Source: Chara braunii (Eukaryota; Plantae; Charophyceae). From it: 58,604 bases of DNA. The position numbers and the translations under genes were made by a program. The notes beneath the pieces are model-generated. The model did no database searches. It saw nothing but the letters and a program-made list of their open reading frames with translations, and had not been told where the DNA came from. Shown here piece by piece: positions 21,986-34,346 of this stretch; the stretch's first letter is position 1; each line of letters opens with the position of its first letter. The stretch lies in the NCBI GenBank assembly GCA_003427395.1, contig BFEA01000010.1:5439528-5498131 (forward strand), in the 5' to 3' direction.

Positions 21986-24673
21986 TCAGTCCAAGGCAGG
22001 ACCTTTACCCTTCTTATCACGCTCGTAGGCTCTGACTACGTCGGGAGCTGTCTCTAGAAGTCCTGTCCTTGTAAACCAGCGGTCGTCTTCCGGTTCCTGA
22101 TAAGCAAACTGGACCTTATACTGTTTCTGTGGACAACCTCTACCTCCTGTCCTAAATATATCTTCGTCTACAATGTCGTCAATGTCATATCTCCCATCCA
22201 TATCCGGAGGGATCATAGATCTTCTTGAAGGAAACTGTTGACTTGTGACACACGACAGCAGTTTTGAAGCATGAAACACCGGGTAGGTGTGGAGGTGTCC
22301 GGGAATCTCTATACTGTAGGACGGTCCATCCTCTCCGCCCTTGACTTCTAGAACCGGCCATGGTCCTCTGTATGCAGGTAATAGCTTCTGGGAGATGTTT
22401 TCCTCAGGTGCAAACTCTTTAGCTTTGAAGTCGCCTACCTGAAACTGCGACGGGCGACAGTGCTTATTAGCCTGTTCTATCATTCTATGCTGGGCCTTCA
22501 TGAGGTTCTTTACGACTATTGTTATTATATGCACTAGCTACCTTAGGTAACATCTCATCCCAGTTGATCTGGTCAGGTCTAATGTACATGTGCAGAACTT
22601 GCTGTAGGATCTTATTCATCTGTTCTGTCTGACCGTTGGTCTCTGGGTGGCGACCAGATGACATCAACAACTTAGATTCGTAAACTCCCATGAGTTCTTG
22701 CCAGTTCTGGCTGGTGAAGCGACTGTCTCTATCGCTAACTATTGACAATGAGACTTCATTCTCGCTAAACCAAAAATCAAAAAACTTTCGTATAACTAAA
22801 TTTGTACATGCCTCTGCAGGCAACGGAACAAAACCAGCATACTTGCTGAATCGGTCAACTACGACCATGACTTGGCTCTGGCCATGTCTACTTTTGACTC
22901 CTGCATCCATGAAGTCAATGGAGATCGAATCTCCCGGCTGGTCTGGAATAGCCAAGGGTCTGAGAAGACCTAGAGGGGCACGCATAGTGGTCTTATTTCG
23001 TTGGCAAACTTTACAACTGCGAACATACTCTATGCAGTCAGCTTTCATTCCCGGTCAGGTGTACGCACGCATTAGATTGGCTAAAGTCTTCTGCCAACCG
23101 AAATGTCCCTCAGTATCGTGGCATTCCCCTAGGATCAAACTGCGGATCTCTTCGTTGTTGGGAACGCACAGGCGATCAAACACATTAGTTTTCTCAAACA
23201 ACAATCCGTCTGTAGTGCGGTAATCTGGTTCAGTCTTTGGGGTTTCCTTGACTCTCTTGAGGAGGTCACTGTAGATAGGGCCATGCGCATACGCTTGCTT
23301 CACTTTCTCCTGCAGGTCTCTCCCTATATCCAGATAGTGTACTATGACTCCAAAGTAGTCTGATCTTCTACTCAGCGCATCCGCAACTACAACTACGATG
23401 TACTTGCCCTTCACTGGCTTGAGCTCGAAGTCATATTGATCTATCTCTGCGGACCACCTAGTCAACTTAGGTGTCATCTTGGCCTGCGTCTTTAACCATC
23501 TAAGGGTCTCGTGGTCAGAATACACTTTGAAGTGTCTCCCAAGCAGGTAACGTTTCCAGTGCTATAAAGTCTGTCTGAGAACGTAGAGTTTTCTCTTGTA
23601 CGTGGAGGCAGCAACCTTCTCTGAGGGCATCCTCGCTGACATGAACTCTATGGGTTTGTAGCCATTGCCATCATCTTGCTGCAACACGACACCTATCCCA
23701 TACTGACTCGCGTCCGTGGTGACGACAAATGACAAAGACGGATCAGCTACTTTGAGGACAGAGTATTCTATCAATGCGCGCTTCAACTTCTTTAGCGCAG
23801 ACGTACAGTCTTTGTCCCATTGTCAGATTGCCTCTTTCTTTAGCAACCTGCGCAAGGGAGCGACGATAGTAGAGAAGTTCCTCACGAACTTCCTATAGTA
23901 GTTAGCTAGGCCTAGGAACGACCGCAACTCTGTCAATGTGCGGGGCGTCGGCGAGTCTCTAATCGCCGCTATCTTGCTGTCCTCTGGCTTAATGTCGTCT
24001 CCGTCTAATACGTGGCCCAAGTACAAGACTTGTGTCTTGGCCCACTCACACTTCTTTGCATTGATCTTGAAGTTAGCCTCTCTAAGCTTCTCCAAGACCT
24101 GCCTCAGATGACCCTGATGCTCCTGGAGGGTCTTGTTGAACACTAATATGTCATCTAAATAGACTACTACAAACTTGTCTAACCATGGTCTGAATAGATC
24201 ATTCATACAATGCTGAAAAATGGCTGGTGCGTTGGTTAGTCCAAAGGGCATCACTATGAACTCATAATGCCCATAACGAGTCCGGAACGCAGTCTTGTAC
24301 TGGTCATCAGGATGGACCTCTATCTGATGGTATCCGGACTTCAAGTCTATCTTAGAGAAATACTTGTAACCTTGCACCTGATCTAGAAGATCGTCTATGC
24401 ATTCTTCACAGTAATCGCGTTCAAACCCCTATAGTCTATGCACATACGAAACTCTCCTTCCTTTTTGGGGACAAATAGAACAGGTGCTCCAAAAGGAGAC
24501 AAACTGGGCCTGATCCAACCTTTTTCGAGGAGCTCGTCTAACTGCTTGCGCAACTCCTCTAACTCTCTATGGGACATCCTGTAGACTGTTCCCTTAGGGG
24601 TTCTACTGCCAGGCTCTATCTCTATCATGTGCTGGATGGGTCGTGGCACTAACCCTGTCGGCGACTCAGTCAA
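21986..24673 (-). pseudogene. pol: pol: RT, RNase H, integrase and chromodomain, disrupted
   Basis: [64 protein letters not shown] and a chromo-like YDIDDIV..YKVQF..W. Broken by in-frame stops and frameshifts. Confidence 0.93.
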
Positions 24674-24796
24674 GTCTTTGCCAGCTAGCTAGGCACGGGC
24701 CTGCAACCTCTGCCATAGGCGCATGTGGGTTGGGAGTTTCTTGTTCGCGCGCGCTCGCTTTCCCACATGGCCTTGAAGTAGGGGCAGTTGCGACTT

Positions 24797-26802
24797 CTAC
24801 TGGCGGCTGCCTTTTGACTGCTGAGCAGCCCATCGGGCCTGTCTGTACTGTGGACAGTATTTAATTACGTGGGTCGGGTCACCACAAAACACGCACTGAC
24901 CCAAGTTCACGCGTTCGTGCCATACGCGCTGGTCCAAGCCCAAACCTTCCCAGGGTCTGCCCTGTGGCAAGCCTGGGTGCCATCCTCCTTGAGGTGCCTT
25001 CCACCTCGTCGCTGTGGGGACTGTCAAGAACCTTGGCGATTTGGCGGGGGACCTTGACCCCTACCTCCCACTTGACGGTTCCCTTGTCCGCCAACTCCCT
25101 GTGCGCCCGGTCCTCGGCCTCCCATGGCCTAGCCCCTTTGGCCCTGGCCTCCTCCTCTAACTGGCGGCCTCGCTCCGGCCGCGACAGCAGCATAAGACCT
25201 CCCCTGTCCCAAACTATTGTCCTCCTCCTCAAGGCCCCACTCAATCTGACTATATGGGACCTCATCCGTAACAACTTCCTCTAAGGTAAGGATCATGTGA
25301 TCCTTGACCCTCACTTGGTCTGAGATGGTACGACCCTTCCACTTCTTCCCCTTGTCCAGGTCCTTATGCCAGAAAGTGGTAACTGGCATAGACTTTGACT
25401 CGTACAGGACCATTTTCCTACTCAACGCATCATAAGTGATGCCGGCCTGTTGAGACTTGTCAAAGAAATGCCCACGCAGGGCCTCTGGCATGGCACGATA
25501 AAATAATTGAACCAACTGGGGCTCAATAACCCCATGGTCTGGGACGGCTACCAAGTCGTCCATGGTGCCCTTGAGTGCCCTTGCACTCCTCCACTGTCGC
25601 TAGTGGATCGTTTGCAACTTATCAGAGGCTCTAACGCCTCTCGTTGGGTCAACGAAGCGCTCCTTCAGGAGCTTGAAGAATTGAGGAAGGGGGGTGACTT
25701 TCGGATAGGCAACCAGGTTGATTTCACAACCAGCTGCGCGCGCAAGGGACCTGGCAATACTAGCCGCTTCATCCTTGAGGGCCTGAAAGGCCACGAGGAT
25801 TTGTTCCTCTGTCAGGATGTGTTGTAAATACACGTAACTGTTGACACTGGCCTCCTAGTTGTCGAAGTCCTCCTCCTTCTTTCCCCCGTATGCATCTGGG
25901 AACTTCAACTTTACAAGCTCTTTAAGGGGTTTGGCTTCGCCCTCTACAGCGGCTATCGCTTTGGCGCCCTCAATAGCGCCCTCACAAAACTTCCCCACGT
26001 TGTCTCTTAGCCTTTTTACTTCTCCTCCAACGTGGGTAACCATATCGCACGCAAAGTCCCTAAACCCCGACCGCATGATACTCAAGGCTACCTCTTGACT
26101 CCAACTGGCTTGGCGCTCCTCCATCCAAGCCGCGCTCAACACCTCCAAGTACCCCAACACCTTATCCCATTTGGCCTTGTCGTCTGCCTGGGCCTCCACT
26201 TCTTGTCTACAGACCTGCACCTTTGCCACCTCTGCGGTCAGCCTATTGACTTCCTCCCTCCTTCTCTTCTTCTCCCTCTTCATCCTCAACTTTCATTCCA
26301 ACTTCTACTCCTCCTCTCGTTCTCGCCGTTCCATAGGGTCCTCCATTGCCATTAGCTCCCTGGCTAACGCATCCCTCTCATCCTGAGGCACATAAGACTC
26401 CGCCTTCTCATCTTCCCCCAATGATAAATTAGCGACTCACTCGCTTATCTTTTTCTCCATCTCTGGTTCTTCGTCCTTTTTCGTGCCACTGCTCCCCTCT
26501 CTACTCTCAATACGCACTCTTTATTTTTCTTCTTCTGCTGCCGCTTCTTCCTCAACAGCCTTCCTCCTCTCTTCCTCCTCCTTCTGGACTCTCTTCATCT
26601 CCTCCTCCAACTTCTTTATTTTTGTCGCCTGCTCCTCCGCGATTGTCTTTAGCTTCGCTTGCTTCTGGAGCTCCTTCCTCTCTTTGTTTTCTCTCACTAG
26701 GGCGGCCATCTTCTCTTGCTGCTCAGGGGTGTAGGGGCTAGTATCTTTCCCACTACGGGTCTCAACCATGGTGATAAGTGTACAACCGGGTGGTGGTTCC
26801 AA
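24797..26802 (-). pseudogene. gag: gag-like region, disrupted
   Basis: MVETRSGK start, coiled coils, KLKFPDAYGGK and a zinc knuckle CVFCGDPTHVIKYC. Confidence 0.8.
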
Positions 26803-27721
26803 ACCTCACCACGTAGACTCTAACCCCTGACTGACAAACCTATTGACTCAATCTAAGGACTCACAGAATCCTGACAGGGATCCTGCCAACTAGGGTCTCT
26901 AGCCTGGACCTAACTATGACTGTTACTACTAGACCTGTTGCTGATCAGGAGGCATTTAAGGAGATCCCCCGAACTCCTCAGGAATTATTTAACGTCGCAA
27001 ACAGGACGACGCGATCAGCAGGTCTCTCAAGACTTAGCTGGTCTGTTGTGAAGCCCACAACTCGGATTTCGGGCCTACCGCGCCACATCGAGCAGCCCGC
27101 CGGTCAGTACCGGTCCTTGGGAGGGTTAGGCCTCCGGGATAGTCGAGTCATCAGACACAGCTTGTAGCCCTACTCATCCCGTGTGGGTTTGGTCAACAAG
27201 ACCCTATCCTTCATCCACAGAGTACTATCACCTAGGACAGAAGAGACTCGATGCAGAAAGAATAGACAGAGAGACTGGACTCAGCAAGTACCAAGGGGTG
27301 TGTGCACATCCATAGGGCAAGGGATAGGCTGAAGGCTTGGCGAGATGTTACCGGCTCCATCTTGGTCAAAGTCTTGGTCAACGCGTTGGTCAACTCCCGG
27401 TCAGCCCCCGGTCAACGCCGGTCAACCCTTCGGCCAGCTATAGCTGCCAGCTCCTCTTCCTCGCCAACCCTCTCCTTCCTTTCACCTTCCTCGCCTCCTT
27501 TCACCCTGGCTGTCTTTTTTTTTCTTTTTTTTTTATCGCCTACTTCTTCACCTCTCGACTATGGCTTCCTTCTCTCCCTTCTCGGTCTCTCCCCCTCTGT
27601 CCAGTCTCTCTTCCTTCTTCACTACTCCGTGGTGACACTCACGGCTATGGCCGCTTCTTCTTCCTCCACGTGGGACTGCACAACTCGCTTCACAGGTATG
27701 TGACAACCAAACTTGTATCGC

Positions 27722-27769
<48 letters not shown>

Positions 27770-28368
27770 CTTCTTCTTCGTCGTGGTCTTCTCTGCAGGT
27801 GCGCGGCGGATTCTCCAACATCCGGTCCGCTATGGCGGACTACAGCCTTCGGCGGCCAACTCTGCTATGGCGCATCAGGCTCTACACACGACGGCGCACA
27901 TGGAATAGNNNNNNNNNNNNNNNNNNNNNNNNNNNNNNNNNNNNNNNNNNNNNNNNNNNNNNNNNNNNNNNNNNNNNNNNNNNNNNNNNNNNNNNNNNNN
28001 NNNNNNNNNNNNNNNNNNNNNNNNNNNNNNNNNNNNNNNNNNNNNNNNNNNNNNNNNNNNNNNNNNNNNNNNNNNNNNNNNNNNNNNNNNNNNNNNNNNN
28101 NNNNNNNNNNNNNNNNNNNNNNNNNNNNNNNNNNNNNNNNNNNNNNNNNNNNNNNNNNNNNNNNNNNNNNNNNNNNNNNNNNNNNNNNNNNNNNNNNNNN
28201 NNNNNNNNNNNNNNNNNNNNNNNNNNNNNNNNNNNNNNNNNNNNNNNNNNNNNNNNNNNNNNNNNNNNNNNNNNNNNNNNNNNNNNNNNNNNNNNNNNNN
28301 NNNNNNNNNNNNNNNNNNNNNNNNNNNNNNNNNNNNNNNNNNNNNNNNNNNNNNNNNNNNNNNNNNNN

Positions 28369-29200
28369 CAACTGGCTATGGCGACTCAGCGCCCAAACAA
28401 CTCACTGTTCACATATACCGGATCACCCTGGATATCCCACACGCGTCACTCTGAAAACTCACACATACACACACACACTTCACACTACTACAGCTATGGC
28501 AGCTTTGGCTGCTTCTACCCTATCGCTATACTAAGTTCCTCCTCTCTCGCCCACTGCGTCCTCCGGGCTCACTGCAGACCTCTTTGCACAAGTCATTGAG
28601 GTGGTGCTTCCGCATGGCTCACACAGGAATGAATGAATGGCTGGGTGATGCCTCTTGATTTATGCTTCTGAAACTCGTTGGTCTGCCCCTTGCCATCGGC
28701 CCATGGTGCTCACAGTCCCTTGCGGTACTTGCTGGACTCCACTGGGACTGTCTGGACCTTACCGCTGACTGATTGGGGACTCACTGTTGTCCCACCGGAC
28801 TCGTACTGCAATCGCACTGCGGTTTAGTCCACCACTTGACTCACCACTTGACCACTTGGCTCACCACTTGACCACTTGGCTCACCACTTGACCACTTGGC
28901 TCGCCACTTGACCACTTGGCTCGCCACTTGACCACTTGGCTCGCCACTTGACCACTTGCCGAGCTTGTAGAAGGGCTACAACCAATACTTCTGGAACTCA
29001 CTAAGACTTCTATTGTACAGATCTATAGATCAAACCCTACCACCTACGTACCTATGACAACCTATCAACTGTTTACGAATACACAGGTCACAGGTTTAAC
29101 TATCGGGGTCTACACAGGTACTGTACACAGATAGGGCAAGGTCTAGGGATCGGACCCTGGGATCTGCGTCTGCTAGTGCAAAGAGGTGAAAACCGTTTCA
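28369..29200 (-). repeat. 5' LTR (partly in gap)
   Basis: Direct repeat of 21180-21948 with extra minisatellite units. Confidence 0.88.
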
Positions 29201-29209
29201 GTTTGCCAA

Positions 29210-29465
29210 AGGTTTTATGAAGTCGGGGATGGGCAGCCTTCTGGATGGTAGTGTCTAAAGCCAACACTCTCCCACACACCACATGCAACCCACTCACACG
29301 CGCACTCACATCGGTGTTGCCCGAATACCTTACTGATACGGACTGGGAGAAACCAGCTGACTATCTCAGTTGGTTGACACCAAGAGTGTCACCGCCGGGC
29401 ATGGGGATTTAACCCACAACCTCCTGAATGCCACTTGCGTGCCTAACCAATTGAGCTAGGCCGGT
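29210..29465 (-). mobile_element. tRNA-related element (SINE head or tRNA pseudogene)
   Basis: On the - strand, 29465-29394 reads ccggcctagctcaattgg..gggttaaatcc..gcccggc, with an A box and a degenerate B box. The body extent is uncertain. Confidence 0.55.
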
Positions 29466-30149
29466 GGATGAAACCTAGATTCTTAGATCGCATGAGAAAA
29501 ACAAAAAACAAAAAAATAGAAAAGACTGAAAAACGAATAGCGAGCTACTGAGGGCTGCACCCCCCCACACGCGACCAGGAAAAAGGGCATTTCAAGCTCT
29601 AGACTACTAGCAGTGTACCTAGCTATGTTCTACCAGAAGATTCATGCTGAGTTTGCACATTTGGTCAGAATTGGAGCAAGGCCCTCAATCTCCACATCTT
29701 TTTTTTTTTTTTTTTTTTTTTTTTTCCAACCTGAAAATCTGAGGCCGGGGACCTCACACTTCAACCCGGAGGCACTTCTGGGAGCATTACCCAGCTTCAC
29801 TTACAGCCATCCATGGCTGGATCCTAGATAAGATCCAAAGTAAATGGTAAAACTTCTCCTAACCTGTCTAACGACTCACTCAACAAAATCCCCTCGGCAT
29901 TTAGCCTGCTAACATTGAGGGTGAGAAATCACAACACACGATCTAAGATCGAAGTCCAAGTAAATGACAATGAACATAGAAAGAGTACATCCAGGAGGCC
30001 GTGAAACGACAACACGACAACTCGAGAAAGAACTTCAACTCTCCACCTTTCTTCCCCCTATACTGCACCTCTTCCTTCCCCACTCCCTGTAACCAGGCTA
30101 GAACCTGGCGTCATGTCGAACAAAGAGGACTAAACTAGAACATGTTACG

Positions 30150-32940
30150 ACTATATATAGTATGTCATTTGGAGTCACCGCAAAGAAGAGTGGCGATTAA
30201 TTGCCAAAATGTGTCGCGGCCTCGCTCTTTCGCAAAAACTTTGTTTGGAAAACTCTTGGCCCTGTATTATTTCCTTAGCGTGAAAACTTGTTGCGGAATC
30301 CGTTCTCGAACCGCCGTGTTTCGATCGATACGATACAGCCAACCGGTAATAAACGTTATTTTTTGCCTTCTACTGGACCAGGAAAAAAAAAATTGTCCTA
30401 TCTTAAAAACAGTCTTACCGGTGGACCAAATCGTATCCTGGTTTTTTCGTTTTAACCGACATTTCGTTAAAACTGACATTTTTTTCTAAATTCACGAAAT
30501 TGAGCGTACAAAAAAACAATATTTTTCAGTGTTTTTTTATCCCCATGACATCGGATGGTCAGATCATCGGGTGTCGTGGCGACTCCCGATGATCTGACCA
30601 TCAGATATATGTTAACGGTACTTTACGTTGAGGTACATCGGATGGACAAAGTGAGATAACCACTTTCTCACCCGATGAGCAATGAAATTTTGACTAAGTC
30701 TACTTTTGTGAATTTAGAAAAAAATGTCAGTTTTAACGAAATGTCAGTTTTTTTTGAAAACATCCTAGGAAAGGAAAGTTCGTCCTTACTTCCATTGCAC
30801 GACCTAAAAAATCCTAGGATCCGGAACAGTCGTTTGTCTTTTTTAAGGTAAGTTCTTCTGGATAACAACCTTCAAACTTGCTCCTGATCCTGTTGGCTGT
30901 GATAATGGACTTGCCATCACCTCGTTTATAGGCTAGGAAAATTGACACATCGTCCATAAACCTCACCCCATACACCAATTTTTTATCGGTTCCCAAGGAT
31001 ACCAGGAACCTTCATGCGCACACATGATGTATGCAAGTGACGGACTGTTACTTTTCCCCATAGGAATACCAAAAACTTGCCTCAACTGAACATTTGAAGC
31101 GTTTGTGTATGTGTGTGACAACTCAAAATCAACAAAACTCCTAATCTGCTGACGTGTCACTACCCACCATTTAACATACAACATTCCTCCGAAAGTAGCC
31201 CCCTTTCCCCTTAGATTGACTTAGATTTCCTCTACCTCACAGAAGCAATCTAGGATCCAATTCAGAGCCAGACGTATCGCCCTATGATTAAGCCTATTGA
31301 ACATATCTTTGATGTCATATGAAGTGATCATAATTAAAGCCTCACGGTATGCATTCCTCAGTCTGACATTGACTTTACCCAGACGACCAGTTTACGATCC
31401 ACTGGAGTAATCACCAAGTCAGAAAACTTCGTTTTAAACTCCGCACTTCCTCCATCGACACCTCATCGGGCTTCCTAACTGTCTGGTTAAAACACTCCCT
31501 CACTTTCTTTGCAGTAAACTTAACCGCAGTCAATGGTCCAGACTTCCAGTTATCGAAACCTTCGGTCAGTTCTGAAGCTAAGTCTTCAGTTCTGTATCCT
31601 TTCTCTGCGCGAGGTATATTCTTCGAATTATACAAAGAGCAAGGGATTCCATCAATCTCACTCAACCGACATTTCACATGACCTTCATAACGAGGCAGAT
31701 CGTAGCCCATGCAAGTGCAGGCCTGCACGTCCTTGACGGCGGCCCTACGATGGTTGCATAGTGCATCAACGATAGACCGGTTCTTAACCCACACTACCCT
31801 GACTTTTCTCTTGAAAATGTCGCTCACAACAGTTGGGAAACCCCGACCCTCAATTGTTTCATTACACATGCGCCTAACCCTGGTCAGACTCACCCGATCG
31901 TCAAATCTGATCCTAACACCAACACTGCATACAGATTGAAACCATATCCTCGTTTAATAGCTGCATACAAAATTCTTTTTGGAAATTCCCTCGTAGTCTT
32001 GGTACTAAACTCCTTGGTTGTTAACATCAATTCAAAAAGAAAGCACATGTCTCGAAGAAACATAGTATCTCTTTTCCTCGGAGGTCGAAGGATCGAAATC
32101 AAGAAGGCATGAAGTCGTTTGGACTTCCTCTTTCTTCTTTTCAGGTATGTCACCCGAATATATCTGCCCTCCTCTATATCGTGCTTACAATCTTTAAACA
32201 GACACCTCGATCCATGTACATCCACTTCGGAGTTACCGAACACACTACGTACTGTTTTCCATTTATCGCACTATACTCCACCCCCTTCCAAGTTTAGAGT
32301 AAAGGTACGTAGTCCTTCTTTCTCTGCATCCTTCAACACCTGTAGTACTTTGATAGTTGATATTGCCAAATCTCCCCTCTTCACCCAAATCACTTCACTG
32401 TTCTTCCCGAATTTACATCGCATACCTACTGCTTCTCGCTTCCCTTTCCTTTTTTTTCTCTCTTTTTTTCCCTTTCTTCTTCGCTTCTTCCTCTTACATC
32501 CCCCGTATTTGCAGCCCTTGGTATCCAAACTCGGTGACCAGGTACAGATATACAAGTTCTCCGAACTGTAAGAGCATCTGCATTATCCAACCTTATCGGA
32601 ATCAACACATAGCTATGAATACCAATATTCATCATCCATCTAACATTACTTCATTACTTTAGGACTTATACCTGTGCTCTGCCCAACTAACATCTAGGGA
32701 TCGTTCCGTCTTCCCTACGTACACTGCCTTACACCACGGTGAAACACCCACGTAAACACAAGAGCGAGGATCGTCAAAAGCCTCAGGGTTAGCTAACAAC
32801 ACGTTGCGAACTTGGATAACCATGGTACACACCCACGAGCAGTAAGAGCAACTACTATGTATCGGAACAGTGCTTCAACATCATACTGAACGGGCAAAGG
32901 TGGACGTCGTAGATTAGACAGAGTTCTACAACATTCCCAT
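30150..32940 (-). pseudogene. PLE ORF2: GIY-YIG endonuclease, CxC linker and RT, disrupted
   Basis: CVYVGVSPWCKAVYVGKTERS..WAEH (~32760-32670), YICTWSPSLD, LCNH..ACTC..GHV, SYDIKDMF, GIPMGKSNSP, RFMDDV and WDFLG. Confidence 0.82.
30454..30749. mobile_element. MITE inserted in one pseudo-LTR
   Basis: ~45-bp TIRs (aaccgacatttcgttaaaactgacatttttttctaaattcac). Absent from the sister repeat at ~35005. The T count implies a 4-bp TTTT duplication. Internal hairpin at ~30549-30606. Confidence 0.88.
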
Positions 32941-32963
32941 AGCTCTTCATCACTGAATCTTCT

Positions 32964-34346
32964 TCAGTCTAGGTTGTCCTTCTCTGATTCTGCCGAAGTC
33001 TCTTCGTCTTCTGATTCACTAACTTCCAAGGTCGAAGTCGAAATCACCTCTTCTTTCTCTCGTGATAGCGGCTCGTGTGTCGGCAGGCCCACCTTCTCTT
33101 TTCCGCATCCGAAAGCATCCCTGGCCCGATGCTCTGCCAATGCTGCCACAACCTGTCCCTTCCGCACATACGTCACACCTGCACTCTTACTAAGTCTCTG
33201 TATTTCGCGGTAGTCCAGCCCCTCGAAGTATTTGATTGTATCTTCCACGAACTTCTCTCTCGCTCCAGGTTCCGAGCCCGCCATAGCTCCTTTCTTCGAC
33301 GGGTCGACCTTCTCCCGCAAGCTCCTCATGGTGATAGGCTCAGGCCTGTCTTTATCTTCTTGGACGTAAGAGGTGGTCACCCTCTTCGCATCCTATCTTC
33401 TACTAGCGGCGAATATCCGAAGCTTGAAAACGAATTTCCGTCTTCGGTGGTAGTCTCCTGCTTTCGTTTATCCGCTAGCGTGAAACGTCCCGTACGCTGG
33501 TTAATTTCCGATATCTCTTCTTCGGACGAAGGATAGTAGATATCTCGAGATCGCCGAAGCTTCTTTCCCGCTCATCTCTGTTCCCTTCTTCGTCGACTTC
33601 TACTCTTGCTACTCTCAGGTAGAGCTTGCTCTTCTTCAGTCCGTTCCAATTTCTCGCCATACCTCTTCGAGAATAGGATGTCGATAATCTTCGCCAGTTG
33701 CTGATCGTTTTCGTCTTGCTCTCGCTTGCGTCTCTCTTCCTTGCGTTTCTTCTTGATCTATTTCTCTAGTTTTTCTCGTTCTTGTCGTTCTCTTTCTTCC
33801 TTCTCCTGTTTTTTCCGAGCCTTCGCTTCTTTCTTAGCCAACAATAGGGTCATGAGATCTTTCACGCTATCCGACCGTCTACCTTGGTGCTTACTATCGG
33901 TTGATGGAGATCTCTTCGTGGGCCTCTTCAAGAATAGGATGTCGATAATCTTCGCAAGTTGTTGATCGTTTTCGTCTTGCTCTCGCTTACGTCTCTCTTC
34001 CTTGCGTTTCTTCTTGATCTATTTCTCTAGTTTTCCTCGTTCTTGTCGTTCTCTTTCTTCCTTCTCCTGTTTTTTCCGAGCCTTTGCTTCTTTCTTAGCC
34101 AACAATAGGGTCATGAGATCCTTCACGCTATCCGACCTTCTACCTTGGTGCTTACACCTCGTTGCCGTGGCTGCGAGTCGTTCCCAGACTTAGCTTCCAT
34201 TTCTTCACACCTCCCTTCCAGTGTAACCAGCAGTCCCGGGCATAGTGACCCGGCTGCTTACAACGGTAGCAAGTAGGAGGACCATGACGAGGAGGGTCCC
34301 CCCTTCTTCCGCCTCCGCTGCCGCCTTGGTGACTTGATGACGCCAT
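32964..34346 (-). pseudogene. Upstream ORF1 of the PLE: CCHC zinc knuckle and coiled coil, disrupted
   Basis: ATG at 34346, CYRCKQPGHYARDC and a K/E-rich coiled coil. Internal tandem duplication at ~33665-34155. Confidence 0.7.

Larger units (their letters stand above)
21180..29200 (-). mobile_element. Degraded Ty3/gypsy LTR retrotransposon with chromodomain integrase
   Basis: Paired LTR sequences at 21180-21948 and 28369-29200, both starting TGAAACG on the - strand. A purine-rich PPT (aggacggcggag) adjoins 21948. gag and pol lie between. The distal LTR end cannot be fixed because of the gap at 27909-28368. Confidence 0.93.
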
